Source of the DNA: an uncultured Gammaproteobacteria bacterium
GTDB taxonomy: Bacteria; Patescibacteriota; Microgenomatia; 2-02-FULL-39-11
Assembly (NCBI GenBank): GCA_964544585.1
Contig: CAZJBV010000002.1
Coordinates: forward strand, 131,468-195,467
Length of the DNA: 64,000 nt
Direction: 5' to 3'
The notes under the pieces are model-generated. The model saw only the letters and a list, made by a program, of their open reading frames with translations. It searched no databases and was not told where the DNA came from. Made by a program: the position numbers and the translations under genes. How positions within the stretch are numbered: position 1 is the stretch's first letter; every line of letters starts with the position of its first letter. Below, piece after piece: positions 30,481 to 41,158 of this stretch.

Positions 30481-32724
30481 TTATATTCTTACCAAGGGAT
30501 TAACCGATGCTTTCTTTGGATTATAATTTACTATTAATTTTAATACTTTATTAACCTGCAGAGTAAATTTATATTCTTTCCAAGCTTCGCTTTTTCCTAA
30601 TTGATTATAACTAATTATATAATCTCCATCCTCACTAGGTGTAAATTCTAGACTGAATTTTCCAGATTTATCAGAATAATAGGTAATAATTCCTGAAGAA
30701 TCGGTCTCCAGCACCTCTCTTTTCAATGTTTTCAGAATAAATTTTCCAGGTTTGTTGCTAGTAATGCTAAATAGAGACTGAGTAGTTAGCTCGGGAAGTC
30801 TTTTTTCGTCAGCAACGGAAACTCCCTCAAGTCCCAAAAAATTTAAAATTTCTTGTATACTTTGAGTATTTTGTACCAACTGAATGTGATTGAGATTAAA
30901 AGTAAAACTGTTTGCGTCCTCTAGTTGGCTGCTCGATGTCAATACTGTTCCATCTCCTAAATCCGAATTTATTTTCTTTGTAGGTTTACCATCAACCCAA
31001 TTTCCCAACAGATTATCCATCGCGCTTGGCTTTTTTACCTCCAAATACTCTAAAGTTTTTTTCTCTATTCCAGAAATTGTCAAAACCGAAATATCATAAA
31101 AAGGCAATGAGAATTGATTATCTCGCAGCCAGGGATTTTCTCCTTCAATAAGATCGTCTTCCATTAATTGTCCATTCCACTTTATAAAATTAAATGTCGG
31201 CAGAATATCACGTATAGACGGTGATAGTGACTGTATCACCTGCCGCTTAGTTTCAAATGGATTTCCTAATCTAGTCCGGCAAAAATTAATTAGAGTATTT
31301 ACTGCTATCTTGTCGACTAAATTACTAGACCATATCTCACCATTTTCCCACAGAGGGTAGGCAAGTACCGTCCCCTGATGTGGAGTGCCCATCGTCACCA
31401 ACTTATCCACATTGTGATCTTCACCATTTTGCAGGATATAACTTCTGGCTACCAAACCACCCAAACTATGAGATACAATATCCACTTTTCCATTTGGTTG
31501 GATATTATCAATGAACTCCTTCAATTTTTGCCCGGCCGTCTCCATCGTCTGCCGCCAGTCGTATGCATAAACATAGAATTCCTCATTGAGTACCAATCCA
31601 GCATTTTGGCTCAAAGTTTGAATAATTCTATCGTAAATATCCGTATATGGAGCCATTATCCATGTATTACTTTGTGAAAGATTACAAGAAAGCAAGTCAT
31701 TTCTATTCCAACTCGCCCCCAGCCCGGGTATGAAAATGACTTTATTAGGTTTCGGCGTAGGTGTTGGCGGCAGTGGCGTAATCGGCACCCCCTCCGTCTC
31801 CTTCTCCGCATATCCGATTTGAAACTTTCCGGAAACACTGTTAAGCATACCAGTATACCAAGTTTTATCCATTCCACTCTCTCGCATTACAGTGTTACTA
31901 GCAACTCTATGATTATCAAAATCCTGATTTTGACCCTTATCAAGTACCGGATTCTCTGGATCACGGAACCAATTAATTCCATCATTAGACCAAGCGTGTC
32001 CAATTCCAGCTTCTCCCGTATACCACAATTCATAAATCCCACCATCGTAAATTGCCATAGGGCTTGTAGCTCCATTTTCCCATGAATAATTAGGATCATA
32101 AGCTAATACAGGATCTGCATTTTTATCCCAATTTATTCCATCAGTAGATGTTGCAAATCCAGTTTGCCAAATACTTCCCGAACCTCCTACAAACCACATA
32201 TAATAAGTATTCCCAAGCTTGATTACAGAGGGCGCACCAACTCCTTTATTATTCCAGTTAGCGTAAGGAACAATTACAGAGCTCGGATAAATATTCCAGC
32301 TAGTCCCATCCGACGATGTTGCATATTTTATTTCAAAACTCTGCCCATTATTAATTCGAATGTTATACCACATCTTGTACACCGAACCATCTTTTATCAC
32401 AGTTGGTTGTTCTGCATTGTTACCAAAAGAGAGTGGGTTATTAATATATTTTGTCCAAGTAATTCCATTAGATGATTCTGCATATCCTATGTACGAATTT
32501 GTCCAAGCAGAGGAATCTGTTCCTGTATACCATATTTTGTAAGTATCTCCATCTTTTATCACTGTTGGATCAGCGGCATGGTAGCTATCCCAACCAGAAG
32601 GAGAATTTGAAATTACTGGATTACTGCTCGATTTTGTCCAAGTTGCTAGGGTGTTTGAGGGAGTAAGTAAGGAAAAAGTCGAGATTAGTGCCAAGAAAAC
32701 TAAGGGCAAGATTAGTTTTCGCAT
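30481..32724 (-). CDS. Secreted protein: glycosidase-like beta-propeller plus alpha/beta hydrolase (lipase/LCAT-like) domain
   Basis: Signal peptide, repeated PTVIKDG..YKxWY..IGYAxSxDGIxW blades, Pro/Thr linker, IFIPGLG, YDWR, SHSLGG, GTPHQG, GDGTV. Confidence 0.8.
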   Translation of the reverse strand: MRKLILPLVFLALISTFSLLTPSNTLATWTKSSSNPVISNSPSGWDSYHAADPTVIKDGDTYKIWYTGTDSSAWTNSYIGYAESSNGITWTKYINNPLSFGNNAEQPTVIKDGSVYKMWYNIRINNGQSFEIKYATSSDGTSWNIYPSSVIVPYANWNNKGVGAPSVIKLGNTYYMWFVGGSGSIWQTGFATSTDGINWDKNADPVLAYDPNYSWENGATSPMAIYDGGIYELWYTGEAGIGHAWSNDGINWFRDPENPVLDKGQNQDFDNHRVASNTVMRESGMDKTWYTGMLNSVSGKFQIGYAEKETEGVPITPLPPTPTPKPNKVIFIPGLGASWNRNDLLSCNLSQSNTWIMAPYTDIYDRIIQTLSQNAGLVLNEEFYVYAYDWRQTMETAGQKLKEFIDNIQPNGKVDIVSHSLGGLVARSYILQNGEDHNVDKLVTMGTPHQGTVLAYPLWENGEIWSSNLVDKIAVNTLINFCRTRLGNPFETKRQVIQSLSPSIRDILPTFNFIKWNGQLMEDDLIEGENPWLRDNQFSLPFYDISVLTISGIEKKTLEYLEVKKPSAMDNLLGNWVDGKPTKKINSDLGDGTVLTSSSQLEDANSFTFNLNHIQLVQNTQSIQEILNFLGLEGVSVADEKRLPELTTQSLFSITSNKPGKFILKTLKREVLETDSSGIITYYSDKSGKFSLEFTPSEDGDYIISYNQLGKSEAWKEYKFTLQVNKVLKLIVNYNPKKASVNPLVRI

Positions 32725-32801
32725 AAAGAGATTAATATATTAAAAAATAAAGCAAGCAATTAGAATTGTCAATAATCTATTTGAGATGATAGAATTCATT
32801 C

Positions 32802-33674
32802 ATGCCCGAATGCAATGTATGTAAATCTACAAATATCATTGAATGGAAGAAAATCGATAAATACAAACTCCTCAAATGTAACCAATGTTTAATAATACAA
32901 ACTTTTCCTCAACTATCAGAGTCTGAACTTGAATATATTAATAATAGGTTTTACGGCAGACAACCCTTTACAAGTGTTGCTTATAACACGTCTGCAGAAT
33001 TTTTTTTTAAAAGAGGAATAAAATTTTATGAAGAAATAAAACTATTAAAAATTAAAGGTAAAAAACTATTAGATATTGGTTCTGGCTACGGATATAATCA
33101 ACTAGTCGCAAGAAATAACGGTTTAATTACCATCGGAATAGATCTCTCAAAAAATGCCGTTGAATTTGCAAGAAATATTTTTAATTTGAATGTAATCCAG
33201 GAGTCTTTCTATGCGTACAATTTTAAGAATTCGAAATTTAGTATCATCACAATGTATGATTCATTGGAGCATGTACGAAATCCAAAAGAAACAATTAAGA
33301 AGGTTAATAAACTTTTATCTGACGATGGTTATCTTATACTTCAGACGCCTAATATTGACAGTATAATGTATCTTCTAACTAAATCGAAATGGGTATGGTT
33401 ACTACTACCTTTTCATTTTTATCATTTCACGTCTGCTTCTATATCAAAAATACTTTCTGAATCAGGGTTTAGGATTGTAAAAATATATACATCGGATGAT
33501 AGGCAGGAATTTATCAAAAATATCTTATGGATAATTAAAATTAGAGAAGATGGAAAACTTAGATTTTTTTATAAACCTCTCTATATTTTTTTACATTTAC
33601 CATATTTTCTAAATTGGATTTGGAATCTATTTAATAAAGGAGGGCTACTTCATATTTATGCCCAGAAGATCTAA
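32802..33674 (+). CDS. Class I SAM-dependent methyltransferase with N-terminal CxxC pairs
   Basis: CNVC..CNQC, LLDIGSGYG, LEHVRNP, QTPN. Confidence 0.87.
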   Translation: MPECNVCKSTNIIEWKKIDKYKLLKCNQCLIIQTFPQLSESELEYINNRFYGRQPFTSVAYNTSAEFFFKRGIKFYEEIKLLKIKGKKLLDIGSGYGYNQLVARNNGLITIGIDLSKNAVEFARNIFNLNVIQESFYAYNFKNSKFSIITMYDSLEHVRNPKETIKKVNKLLSDDGYLILQTPNIDSIMYLLTKSKWVWLLLPFHFYHFTSASISKILSESGFRIVKIYTSDDRQEFIKNILWIIKIREDGKLRFFYKPLYIFLHLPYFLNWIWNLFNKGGLLHIYAQKI

Positions 33675-34500
33675 GATTACCGCCATTATTCTTACCCTCA
33701 ACGAAGAAAAAAATATTGCAGACTGTTTGAAGTCGGTGAAGTGGGTTGATGAGATTGTGGTAGTAGACTCGGGCAGTACAGACAAAACCATCGAGATAGC
33801 AAAAGAATATACAGATAAAATTTATTATCACAAATTTGAAAGCGATTTTTCAAAACAGAGAAATTTTGCCATCACCAAAGCAAAAGGGGAGTGGATACTA
33901 TTCTTAGACGCCGACGAGACTTTGCCAAAAGGCTCGGAAGAGAAAATAAAAGAACTCATTGCCAATACACCTTCCAGGAGTCCCTGCCTGCCGGCAGGCA
34001 GGCATTCCGGCCATCTGGAAGGTGAAACGATCGAAGGCTTTTGGTTTCCTCGTCGAAACTACATCAATAAAGCTAGGTACTTAAAACATGGATTATTTTA
34101 TCCTGATTGGCAATTAAGATTGTTAAGATACACAAAAGGCTTGCAATTTATTGGTAGCATCCACGAGCAGCCGGATATTTCTCATGATAAAACACAAAAA
34201 GTGAAAGATGTAGAAATATTCCACAACTCCTCTCGGACAAAATATGATTCCTTTTTTTCATTTTACCGCCTTTTTCCATTTATTAAAGCCGACGGGCAAA
34301 AATTAGCATCTTCATCTACTTCAACTACCCAGATTTTCTTATCTTCTTTTTCTACTTTTTTTCTGGAACTCTGGTGGAATCTGGTAAGAAGACAAGGACA
34401 TAAAGATGGATGGCCTGGAATTAGAGGTACTTTAATTTGGGCCTTGTACAAGGAACTTTCCGTGATTTACGCCCTCGTATCTCGTATAATAAAGAGGTGA
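33658..34500 (+). CDS. GT2 glycosyltransferase with an in-frame REP insertion
   Basis: LTLNEE, VDSGSTD, QRNFA, LDADE, YPDWQLRL. Confidence 0.9.
   Translation: MPRRSKITAIILTLNEEKNIADCLKSVKWVDEIVVVDSGSTDKTIEIAKEYTDKIYYHKFESDFSKQRNFAITKAKGEWILFLDADETLPKGSEEKIKELIANTPSRSPCLPAGRHSGHLEGETIEGFWFPRRNYINKARYLKHGLFYPDWQLRLLRYTKGLQFIGSIHEQPDISHDKTQKVKDVEIFHNSSRTKYDSFFSFYRLFPFIKADGQKLASSSTSTTQIFLSSFSTFFLELWWNLVRRQGHKDGWPGIRGTLIWALYKELSVIYALVSRIIKR
33968..34024 (-). repeat. In-frame REP (reverse orientation) carrying a perfect 20-bp palindrome
   Basis: CACCTTCCAG-GAGTC-[CCTGCCTGCCGGCAGGCAGG 33983-34002]-CATTCCGGCCAT-CTGGAAGGTG, 57 nt; encodes TPSRSPCLPAGRHSGHLEG. Confidence 0.88.
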
Positions 34501-35630
34501 AAATCGCAGTCTTTTTTAATCTTCCCTCCGGAGGCGCCAAACGCGTTTTGTATGGACAAATAAAGCGACTATCAAAAAAGCATTTCGTAGATATATATAC
34601 TCTTTCAGGAGCCAATCACGAATTCTGCGATTTACGCAAGCTTGTGAAGAATTATTATATTGAGAAAATCTCCGCTGAATCTTTCATTGATTATATCCAT
34701 TATGTATATATAAAACTCCCTAAATTAGAAGAGAAAATTGCTCAAAAAATTGATAAGAAAAAATACGATGCTGTATTAGTCCATCCAGATTTCTACACGC
34801 AAGCGCCATACATTTTAAGATATTTAAAAACTCCATCGCTATATTACTGTCATGAAGTCCGTAGAGAGTTCTATGAAAATATCCCCCGGATTTCCAAATT
34901 CTTCACCTATTATGCCACTCTTCCTTTACGTTACCCCATAAAATTCATCGATCGATACAACATAAAAAAGGCAAATAAAATACTCGTAAATTCTCAATTT
35001 AGCCAAAAATTAGTGAAAAAATATTATGGTCTCGAATCAGAAGTAAATTATCCCGCAATTGACAACCAGAAATTCAAAAAAATATTAATTAAAAAAGAAA
35101 ATTTTATTCTTTCGGTAGGAGGATTTAATCTTCTCAAGGGTCATGATTTTATCATAAAAAGTCTTGCCCTTATTCCCGAAAAAATTCGCCCAAAGTACGT
35201 CATTGTCGGAAACGGGGGAGAGGATAAGAAATATTTACTAGAACTTGCCCAAAATAAAAAAGTAAAGCTCGAATTACACGAAAATGTCTCCGATTCAGAA
35301 TTGGTGAGTTGGTACAACAGGACAAAACTTTTTGTCTACGCCGCCCGAAATGAACCATTTGGCCTTGCTCCCCTCGAAGCATTATCTTACCACTTACCAA
35401 TTATTGCTGTTGAAGAGGGAGGAGTAACAGAAATACTCAAAGGTATAAAATTAGCCCAGCTTGTCGGTAGAAACGAAATAGAAATGAGTAATAAAATTAT
35501 CCAAATGTTGAAAACCAATTTCACACCCGAAGATTTTGAAAAAACAAACCAAATATTACACAAACGCCTTAATTGGGAAAAATCAGTTCATGAATTAGAT
35601 AATCATTTACAAAGTTTATGCCAAAAATAG
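34497..35630 (+). CDS. GT4 glycosyltransferase
   Basis: SGGAKR, NSQFS, KGHD, EPFGLAPLEA; GTG start overlaps the upstream stop. Confidence 0.9.
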   Translation: MKIAVFFNLPSGGAKRVLYGQIKRLSKKHFVDIYTLSGANHEFCDLRKLVKNYYIEKISAESFIDYIHYVYIKLPKLEEKIAQKIDKKKYDAVLVHPDFYTQAPYILRYLKTPSLYYCHEVRREFYENIPRISKFFTYYATLPLRYPIKFIDRYNIKKANKILVNSQFSQKLVKKYYGLESEVNYPAIDNQKFKKILIKKENFILSVGGFNLLKGHDFIIKSLALIPEKIRPKYVIVGNGGEDKKYLLELAQNKKVKLELHENVSDSELVSWYNRTKLFVYAARNEPFGLAPLEALSYHLPIIAVEEGGVTEILKGIKLAQLVGRNEIEMSNKIIQMLKTNFTPEDFEKTNQILHKRLNWEKSVHELDNHLQSLCQK

Positions 35631-36763
35631 CCCTGATTCGCGGACGCTACTTGAATGCATATGAAATGCAAACCTACGAAGAACTTGTGGCATTATATCA
35701 AATCACAGCATTTGGATCACTTACTGCTTTCCATAAAAACTTCATCTTCCCAGTAAAATTACTCCCAAGTCCCATCGATATCATCTCCCTGACTCACAAA
35801 ATAGGCATACCAGACAAATACATCCACGGAATTTTAAATAGATTATTGGTCGATGATCATTATCTTTTTGGCCTCATCGACCAACTCAAAGGATTTGATA
35901 TCGCTCATACTGCCGAAACATATTTTCACTTTACTCACCAATGCCTGAGTGCCAAGAAAAAAGGATATGTAAAAAAGGTAGTAGCCACAGTCTGGGAAAA
36001 TATTCCTTTTAATAACGAAGGCGTAAAAGGCAGAAAAGAGTTCAAATCTCAGGCACAAAAAGAAATAGACCACTTTATAGCCGTTTCCCTCAAAGCAAAG
36101 AAAGCTCTAGTCCAAGAAGGATGTGATGAGAAAAAAATTTCAGTAATACCAGTTGGAATTGACACACACCGCTTCCATCCCAGAAACAAAAATTCAAATA
36201 AAAAATTATGCATTTTATTCTCCGGCAGACTTGAAAGTGAAAAAGGGGTATTTGATGTAATTGATGCTATCGACCACCTTGCCAATCGATATCATTGGAT
36301 CCCAGATAGACTCGAGGCAATATTAGCTGGAAAAGGATCAGAGGAAAAACGTCTAAAAGACATGATTTTAAAAAGAAACATTTCCGACTTTTTTAACATT
36401 AGCCATTATCCTTATAGCCAAATGCCTTCTATATATCAGATAGCGGATATCTTTATCGCGCCAAGCCACAAAACTAAATATTGGCAGGAACAATTTGGGA
36501 TGGTATTTCTAGAGGCAATGGCATCGGGTCTACCTATAATTACTACAGATACAGGAAGTATCAAAGAGGTGACGGGAGATGCCGCAATTTATGTACCAGT
36601 TGGGAGGATAGAAGTGCTTTCTGATATACTTCAATCATTGCTCATAAATAGTCAAAAACGACTCGATTTAGGAAAAAAAGCAAGGGTAAGAGCATTGAAA
36701 TATTTTAATAGAAACTTAATCGCCGGTAAAATAGATAAACTTTATCAACAAGTAAATAAATGA
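35618..36763 (+). CDS. GT4 glycosyltransferase
   Basis: GRLESEKG, EQFGMVFLEAMASG. Confidence 0.92.
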   Translation: MPKIALIRGRYLNAYEMQTYEELVALYQITAFGSLTAFHKNFIFPVKLLPSPIDIISLTHKIGIPDKYIHGILNRLLVDDHYLFGLIDQLKGFDIAHTAETYFHFTHQCLSAKKKGYVKKVVATVWENIPFNNEGVKGRKEFKSQAQKEIDHFIAVSLKAKKALVQEGCDEKKISVIPVGIDTHRFHPRNKNSNKKLCILFSGRLESEKGVFDVIDAIDHLANRYHWIPDRLEAILAGKGSEEKRLKDMILKRNISDFFNISHYPYSQMPSIYQIADIFIAPSHKTKYWQEQFGMVFLEAMASGLPIITTDTGSIKEVTGDAAIYVPVGRIEVLSDILQSLLINSQKRLDLGKKARVRALKYFNRNLIAGKIDKLYQQVNK

Positions 36764-37695
36764 ATAAAATATTTATTATCATACCCACTTATAACGGCTT
36801 GAAAGACACATTTGAATGTCTCAAAACAATTTCTAAACTAAATTATAATAACCAAGAAATAAAAACAGTTATTGTCGATAACGCCTCAACTGACAAAACT
36901 CCTGAATTCCTGGAGAAAGAAAAATCAAAATATAATCTCCGCAAAATCTTCAAAAACAATAAAAATCTCGGCTTTGCCAAAGCCTGCAATATAGGCATAA
37001 AGTATGCCTTAGAAAATAATGCAGACTACATCCTCCTCTTAAATAGCGACGTGGTAATAGATCAAAACTTCCTTCCATCTCTGATAGATTCTGATTTAGA
37101 CATCATCAGCCCCGTAGTACAATTTCCCCTCGATCCTGATGGAAAAGATTATCGCTACGATTATGGTGGATACGTCAATTGGTGGACAGGCCGCACATAT
37201 CACGACGACAGAAAAGTTTTTTCCAAAAGACATCGAGGCACCTCGGACGTAAAGACACCTCCGAGGTGGCCCGCCCGCCTGCCGGCAGGCAGGGAAGGGA
37301 CTCCTCGGACGGTGGAGGGAGCAGGAAAACCGGAATATATTCCCGTTGACTATATGTCCGGCTGCAGTTTACTCATCAAAGCAGAAGTTTTTAGAAAAAT
37401 CGGCCTTTTTGATGAAAAATTTTTTATGTATTTCGAAGACGTCGACTTCTGCGTCAGGGCCAAAAAGGCCGGTTTTAGAGTCGCGGTGGATCCGCAATCC
37501 CTCATATTCCACAAGCTCGGCGGATCGATCAAACGCTGGTCAACAAAGGCAATTTACTATAATATCTCCAGTAATGCCATTTTTATCCTCAAATACTGCG
37601 GCATAAAAACCCCAATTGCTCTGGGATATCTTTCACTTCTCACCGCCAAAATTATAATGGATAAGATTTTATATAAACTAGACGCTAGACGCTGA
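36760..37695 (+). CDS. GT2 glycosyltransferase (rhamnosyltransferase-like) with an in-frame REP insertion
   Basis: VDNASTD, NLGFAKACN, LLNSD, GCSLL, FMYFEDVD. Confidence 0.9.
   Translation: MNKIFIIIPTYNGLKDTFECLKTISKLNYNNQEIKTVIVDNASTDKTPEFLEKEKSKYNLRKIFKNNKNLGFAKACNIGIKYALENNADYILLLNSDVVIDQNFLPSLIDSDLDIISPVVQFPLDPDGKDYRYDYGGYVNWWTGRTYHDDRKVFSKRHRGTSDVKTPPRWPARLPAGREGTPRTVEGAGKPEYIPVDYMSGCSLLIKAEVFRKIGLFDEKFFMYFEDVDFCVRAKKAGFRVAVDPQSLIFHKLGGSIKRWSTKAIYYNISSNAIFILKYCGIKTPIALGYLSLLTAKIIMDKILYKLDARR
37237..37317 (+). repeat. In-frame composite REP: 15-nt leader plus 66-nt core
   Basis: Core 37252-37317 encodes [22 protein letters not shown]. Confidence 0.93.
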
Positions 37696-37712
37696 TAAAC
37701 TAGACGCTAATT

Positions 37713-38462
37713 ATGATTTCCGCTGTAATCCTGACCAATAATTCTGCCAAATATCTTGAGAAATGTTTATCTTCGCTTTCTTTTTGTAGTGAAAAAATAG
37801 TTATTGACGATGAATCTACAGACGACACACTAAAAATCGCCAAAGATTTAGGAGCTATAGTATTTAATAGAAAACTAAATGGTAATTTTGCCGACCAAAG
37901 AAACTTTGGTTTGACAAATGCTACCCCCCCATGGGTACTTTTTATAGACAGCGATGAACTGGTATCAAAGGAATTATCAGAAGAAATCAAGGAGGCCATT
38001 AAATCCAACCAATACAATGGCTATTTCATCCCCCGTCTCGATATTTTTGACGGAAAGATTTTAAAATTCGGAGAAACCGGCAATATAAAACTTCTAAGAC
38101 TAGCAAAAAAGGATGTGGGAAGATGGGAGCGAAAAATCCACGAAACTTGGCACATCAAAGGCCCAATTGGTGAATTAAAAAGCCCAATATTACATTACCC
38201 ACATCCCACAGTCAGAGAATTTCTTTCTGAAATAAATGACTATTCCACCCTCCACGCCCAAGAATTAAGAAAAGAAGGAAAAATGGCAAATGTATTTACC
38301 ATCATTTTCTATCCAACTTTGAAATTTATTCAAAATTATTTTCTCAAATTTGGGTTTCTCGATGGTGTCCCAGGGTTTATATATGCCGCCATGATGAGTT
38401 TTCATTCCTTTCTTTCCCAGACAAAACTATGGCAAATACAAAACCCACAGCCCAAAATATAA
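37713..38462 (+). CDS. GT2 glycosyltransferase
   Basis: DDESTD, FADQRNFG, FIDSDE, IHE, GFLDG. Confidence 0.9.
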   Translation: MISAVILTNNSAKYLEKCLSSLSFCSEKIVIDDESTDDTLKIAKDLGAIVFNRKLNGNFADQRNFGLTNATPPWVLFIDSDELVSKELSEEIKEAIKSNQYNGYFIPRLDIFDGKILKFGETGNIKLLRLAKKDVGRWERKIHETWHIKGPIGELKSPILHYPHPTVREFLSEINDYSTLHAQELRKEGKMANVFTIIFYPTLKFIQNYFLKFGFLDGVPGFIYAAMMSFHSFLSQTKLWQIQNPQPKI

Positions 38463-39661
38463 TAATTCTTTATTATTTATTATTAGCTATCCTCATTCTA
38501 TTTCCATTTGGCCAATTGACTCAAATCCCCTTTTTCCCCGGTCCGCGTGTCTATTTACACGACATTCTAGTAGGTTTAGTCTGGGTTTTTTTACTCTTTC
38601 ACTATCAGCAAATCAAAAATATAAGTAAAAATATACTTTTTTTCCCTTCAATATTATTTATATTTATTGCACTTTTATCCCTTATCATTTCTCTTTTATC
38701 AATTCCCGGGCGCGAGGTATTTGTAGGAAGCCTCTATCTTCTTCGCTGGATAGGATATTTGACAGTTGCGCTCGCAACGATTTTAGTTGTCAAAAGAAAA
38801 CCCGAATTCAAACAAAAAATCATTAAAACATTAATTTTTACTGGATCTGCAGCCTCCATTTTTGGCTTGGCCCAATATATCTTTTATCCAGACCTTAGAA
38901 ACCTCTATTATCTCGGATGGGATCCCCATTATCTGCGCGTCTTCGGCACTTTTTTTGACCCAAATTTCTTAGGATTAGTCATAGTCTTAACCATTATCAT
39001 GACGATTACTTCTCTAAATAATTCATGGCTCAAATATTCTCTTTTTTTCCTCAACACCCTCACCCTGGCCCTCACCTATTCCAGAAGTAGTTTTATTGCT
39101 CTTGCAGGATCTCTAATTTCACTTTTTTTCTACCGCAAATTTAATAAAACCATAGTTTTTATATTTATCATAGGACTCGTTACTCTTCTTTTTCTTCCCA
39201 AAGGACCCCAAAGCGAAGGAATCCAATTGGAAAGAATGGCTTCAGTTGAGGGCAGAGTGGAAAGCATCAATAAAGGAATAAGTTTATTTTTCAAGTCTCC
39301 TCTTTTTGGTGTAGGTTTTAATAATTTGAGGTCCTATCAAAAAATTCACCCTCAAGACTTTCGCGGAGATACAATTCCCGAAAATGCGGCCGGAGGTATA
39401 GAAAATAGTTTTATTTTTCTCTTGGCTACCACCGGCATCGCCGGATTTACCGCCTACATGATTTTATTGGTTGGTATGTTTATGGTGGGGGATCGTATCC
39501 TCAAAATCTCTCTTATCGCCATCCTCGTCCACAGTCTCTTTAATAATTCTCTTTTCTATCCCTGGGTAATGCTTTGGATTTGGATTCTAGTTGGAGTAAG
39601 TTCAAAACAAGACGCTAGACCTGCCCGCAATGCTACGCATAGCGTTGCAGGCGGGCGCTAA
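38429..39661 (+). CDS. O-antigen ligase/polymerase family membrane protein
   Basis: RVFGTFFDPN, TYSRSS, PLFGVG, many TM segments. Confidence 0.85.
   Translation: MANTKPTAQNIIILYYLLLAILILFPFGQLTQIPFFPGPRVYLHDILVGLVWVFLLFHYQQIKNISKNILFFPSILFIFIALLSLIISLLSIPGREVFVGSLYLLRWIGYLTVALATILVVKRKPEFKQKIIKTLIFTGSAASIFGLAQYIFYPDLRNLYYLGWDPHYLRVFGTFFDPNFLGLVIVLTIIMTITSLNNSWLKYSLFFLNTLTLALTYSRSSFIALAGSLISLFFYRKFNKTIVFIFIIGLVTLLFLPKGPQSEGIQLERMASVEGRVESINKGISLFFKSPLFGVGFNNLRSYQKIHPQDFRGDTIPENAAGGIENSFIFLLATTGIAGFTAYMILLVGMFMVGDRILKISLIAILVHSLFNNSLFYPWVMLWIWILVGVSSKQDARPARNATHSVAGGR
39620..39655. repeat. 36-nt nested palindrome in the last codons of the O-antigen ligase gene
   Basis: CCTGCCC-GCAATGCTA-CGCA-TAGCGTTGC-AGGCGGG; encodes PARNATHSVAGG. 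Confidence 0.8.
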
Positions 39662-39676
39662 CCAACTGGACGCCTA

Positions 39677-40387
39677 TTACGGTCGGTATTTCACTTTCCT
39701 CTCGATCTTAGACTGATTTCCGGCTACATCTGTTGCGATTATATTAAGAGTTGTCTCGCCTTCAGATAATTGCATTGAAAACTCAAAGCTTCCATCATCG
39801 TTTACGCGTACAAATCGATCATTTATATTGACCTCTACATCTGGATCAGTGGTTCCTTTTATCAATACCTCACGCTCATCTCCGACAAATTCTTTACTAT
39901 CTGATGGCTCACTAATTTCCAGTTTTGGCGGAGTTTTCTTGTAAATAATCCTCAAGACCGAAGAGGACGGACTCTCTTTTTTATCGCGAATAGCTTTAGC
40001 ACTTATCCTATTTTCTCCCTCCGAGAGTTTCACATCAGAAAAAATAAACTTACCATCTTTCCCCACCAAAACTTCTAAAACATCAGTCTCAGTTGCGATC
40101 TCCACAGTTTCTCCCTCATTAGCGTACCCTGATACTGAAATAGCGGCTGAATTTGTAGCTTCGGCAATAGCATCAAGTCTTGGAGCTACTAAAACCAATC
40201 TCTTGCTTTCCTCCTCTTTATTCGTTCCACTTGACGGCGCTAGCATAAGACTAAGACGGGTAAAAAGTTGGATACCAAAAATGGCAAAAAATCCCACCAA
40301 TAGAATCAAAATTCCTAAGTATAAATAAAAATTTCGTTTCTCTCGTTTTCGGCTCACTCGATCCAAATGAGAATACCGCCTCCCCAT
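39677..40387 (-). CDS. Membrane-anchored protein with two Ig-like domains
   Basis: N-terminal TM; LSEGENRI and LSEGETTL..ATDVAGN beta-sandwich repeats. Confidence 0.75.
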   Translation of the reverse strand: MGRRYSHLDRVSRKREKRNFYLYLGILILLVGFFAIFGIQLFTRLSLMLAPSSGTNKEEESKRLVLVAPRLDAIAEATNSAAISVSGYANEGETVEIATETDVLEVLVGKDGKFIFSDVKLSEGENRISAKAIRDKKESPSSSVLRIIYKKTPPKLEISEPSDSKEFVGDEREVLIKGTTDPDVEVNINDRFVRVNDDGSFEFSMQLSEGETTLNIIATDVAGNQSKIERKVKYRP

Positions 40388-40454
40388 AATATATTAAGTA
40401 TATCAAAGAACTAATTTCTTGACATATATAGGAAAAGTCTAGTAGTGTATATAT

Positions 40455-41153
40455 GTGAAGCAGTTTTTAATCACGCTTACTATAGTATCATTGTATGTTT
40501 TAGCTTCTTCTGTTGCGGCTCAGGACTCAGTTGACCCCAGCCCCAAAATAGTTATGGAAAAACGACAAGAAGTTCGTGAAAATATAAAAGCGAAGCGAAT
40601 GGAGGTCAGGGATGAAATTAAAAAAAAGCGCGAAGAGTTACGACTGACAATAAAAGAAAAAAGAGAAGAGTTTAAAAAGAAAATCCAGACATTAAAAGAT
40701 GAAAGAAAGAAACAAATTGTTGAAAGACTTGATGAAAAGATGTCAATGATAAATACAAATATGACAGACCGCATGCTGGCACATCTGGAAAAGATGGAGG
40801 ATATCCTCTCAAGACTCCAGGAAAAAGTGGACACGGCCAAAAATGAAGGAAAAGATACAACAGCCGCCCAGAATGCCATCACAAACGCCCAAAGCTTAAT
40901 AGATACTGCCAAAGCCGCCGTCACAGAGCAAGCAGGCAAAGATTACACTCCCGCAATTCCAGATGAGACAACCTTAAGGGCCGTAGTTGGTACCTCAATG
41001 TCTGGTCTTCGTGCCGATCTATCTGCATTACACAAACAGGTTGTAGACGCAAAACAAGCCGTCATGAAAGCAGTCATGGAAGTCGCCAAACTTCGCGGGC
41101 AGACCAAAGAACCAACAACCGTCAAAACAGTAGAACCAACAATTACACCATAA
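40455..41153 (+). CDS. Secreted coiled-coil hypothetical protein
   Basis: Signal peptide followed by K/E/R-rich helical sequence. Confidence 0.75.
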   Translation: MKQFLITLTIVSLYVLASSVAAQDSVDPSPKIVMEKRQEVRENIKAKRMEVRDEIKKKREELRLTIKEKREEFKKKIQTLKDERKKQIVERLDEKMSMINTNMTDRMLAHLEKMEDILSRLQEKVDTAKNEGKDTTAAQNAITNAQSLIDTAKAAVTEQAGKDYTPAIPDETTLRAVVGTSMSGLRADLSALHKQVVDAKQAVMKAVMEVAKLRGQTKEPTTVKTVEPTITP

Positions 41154-41158
41154 AAAAT

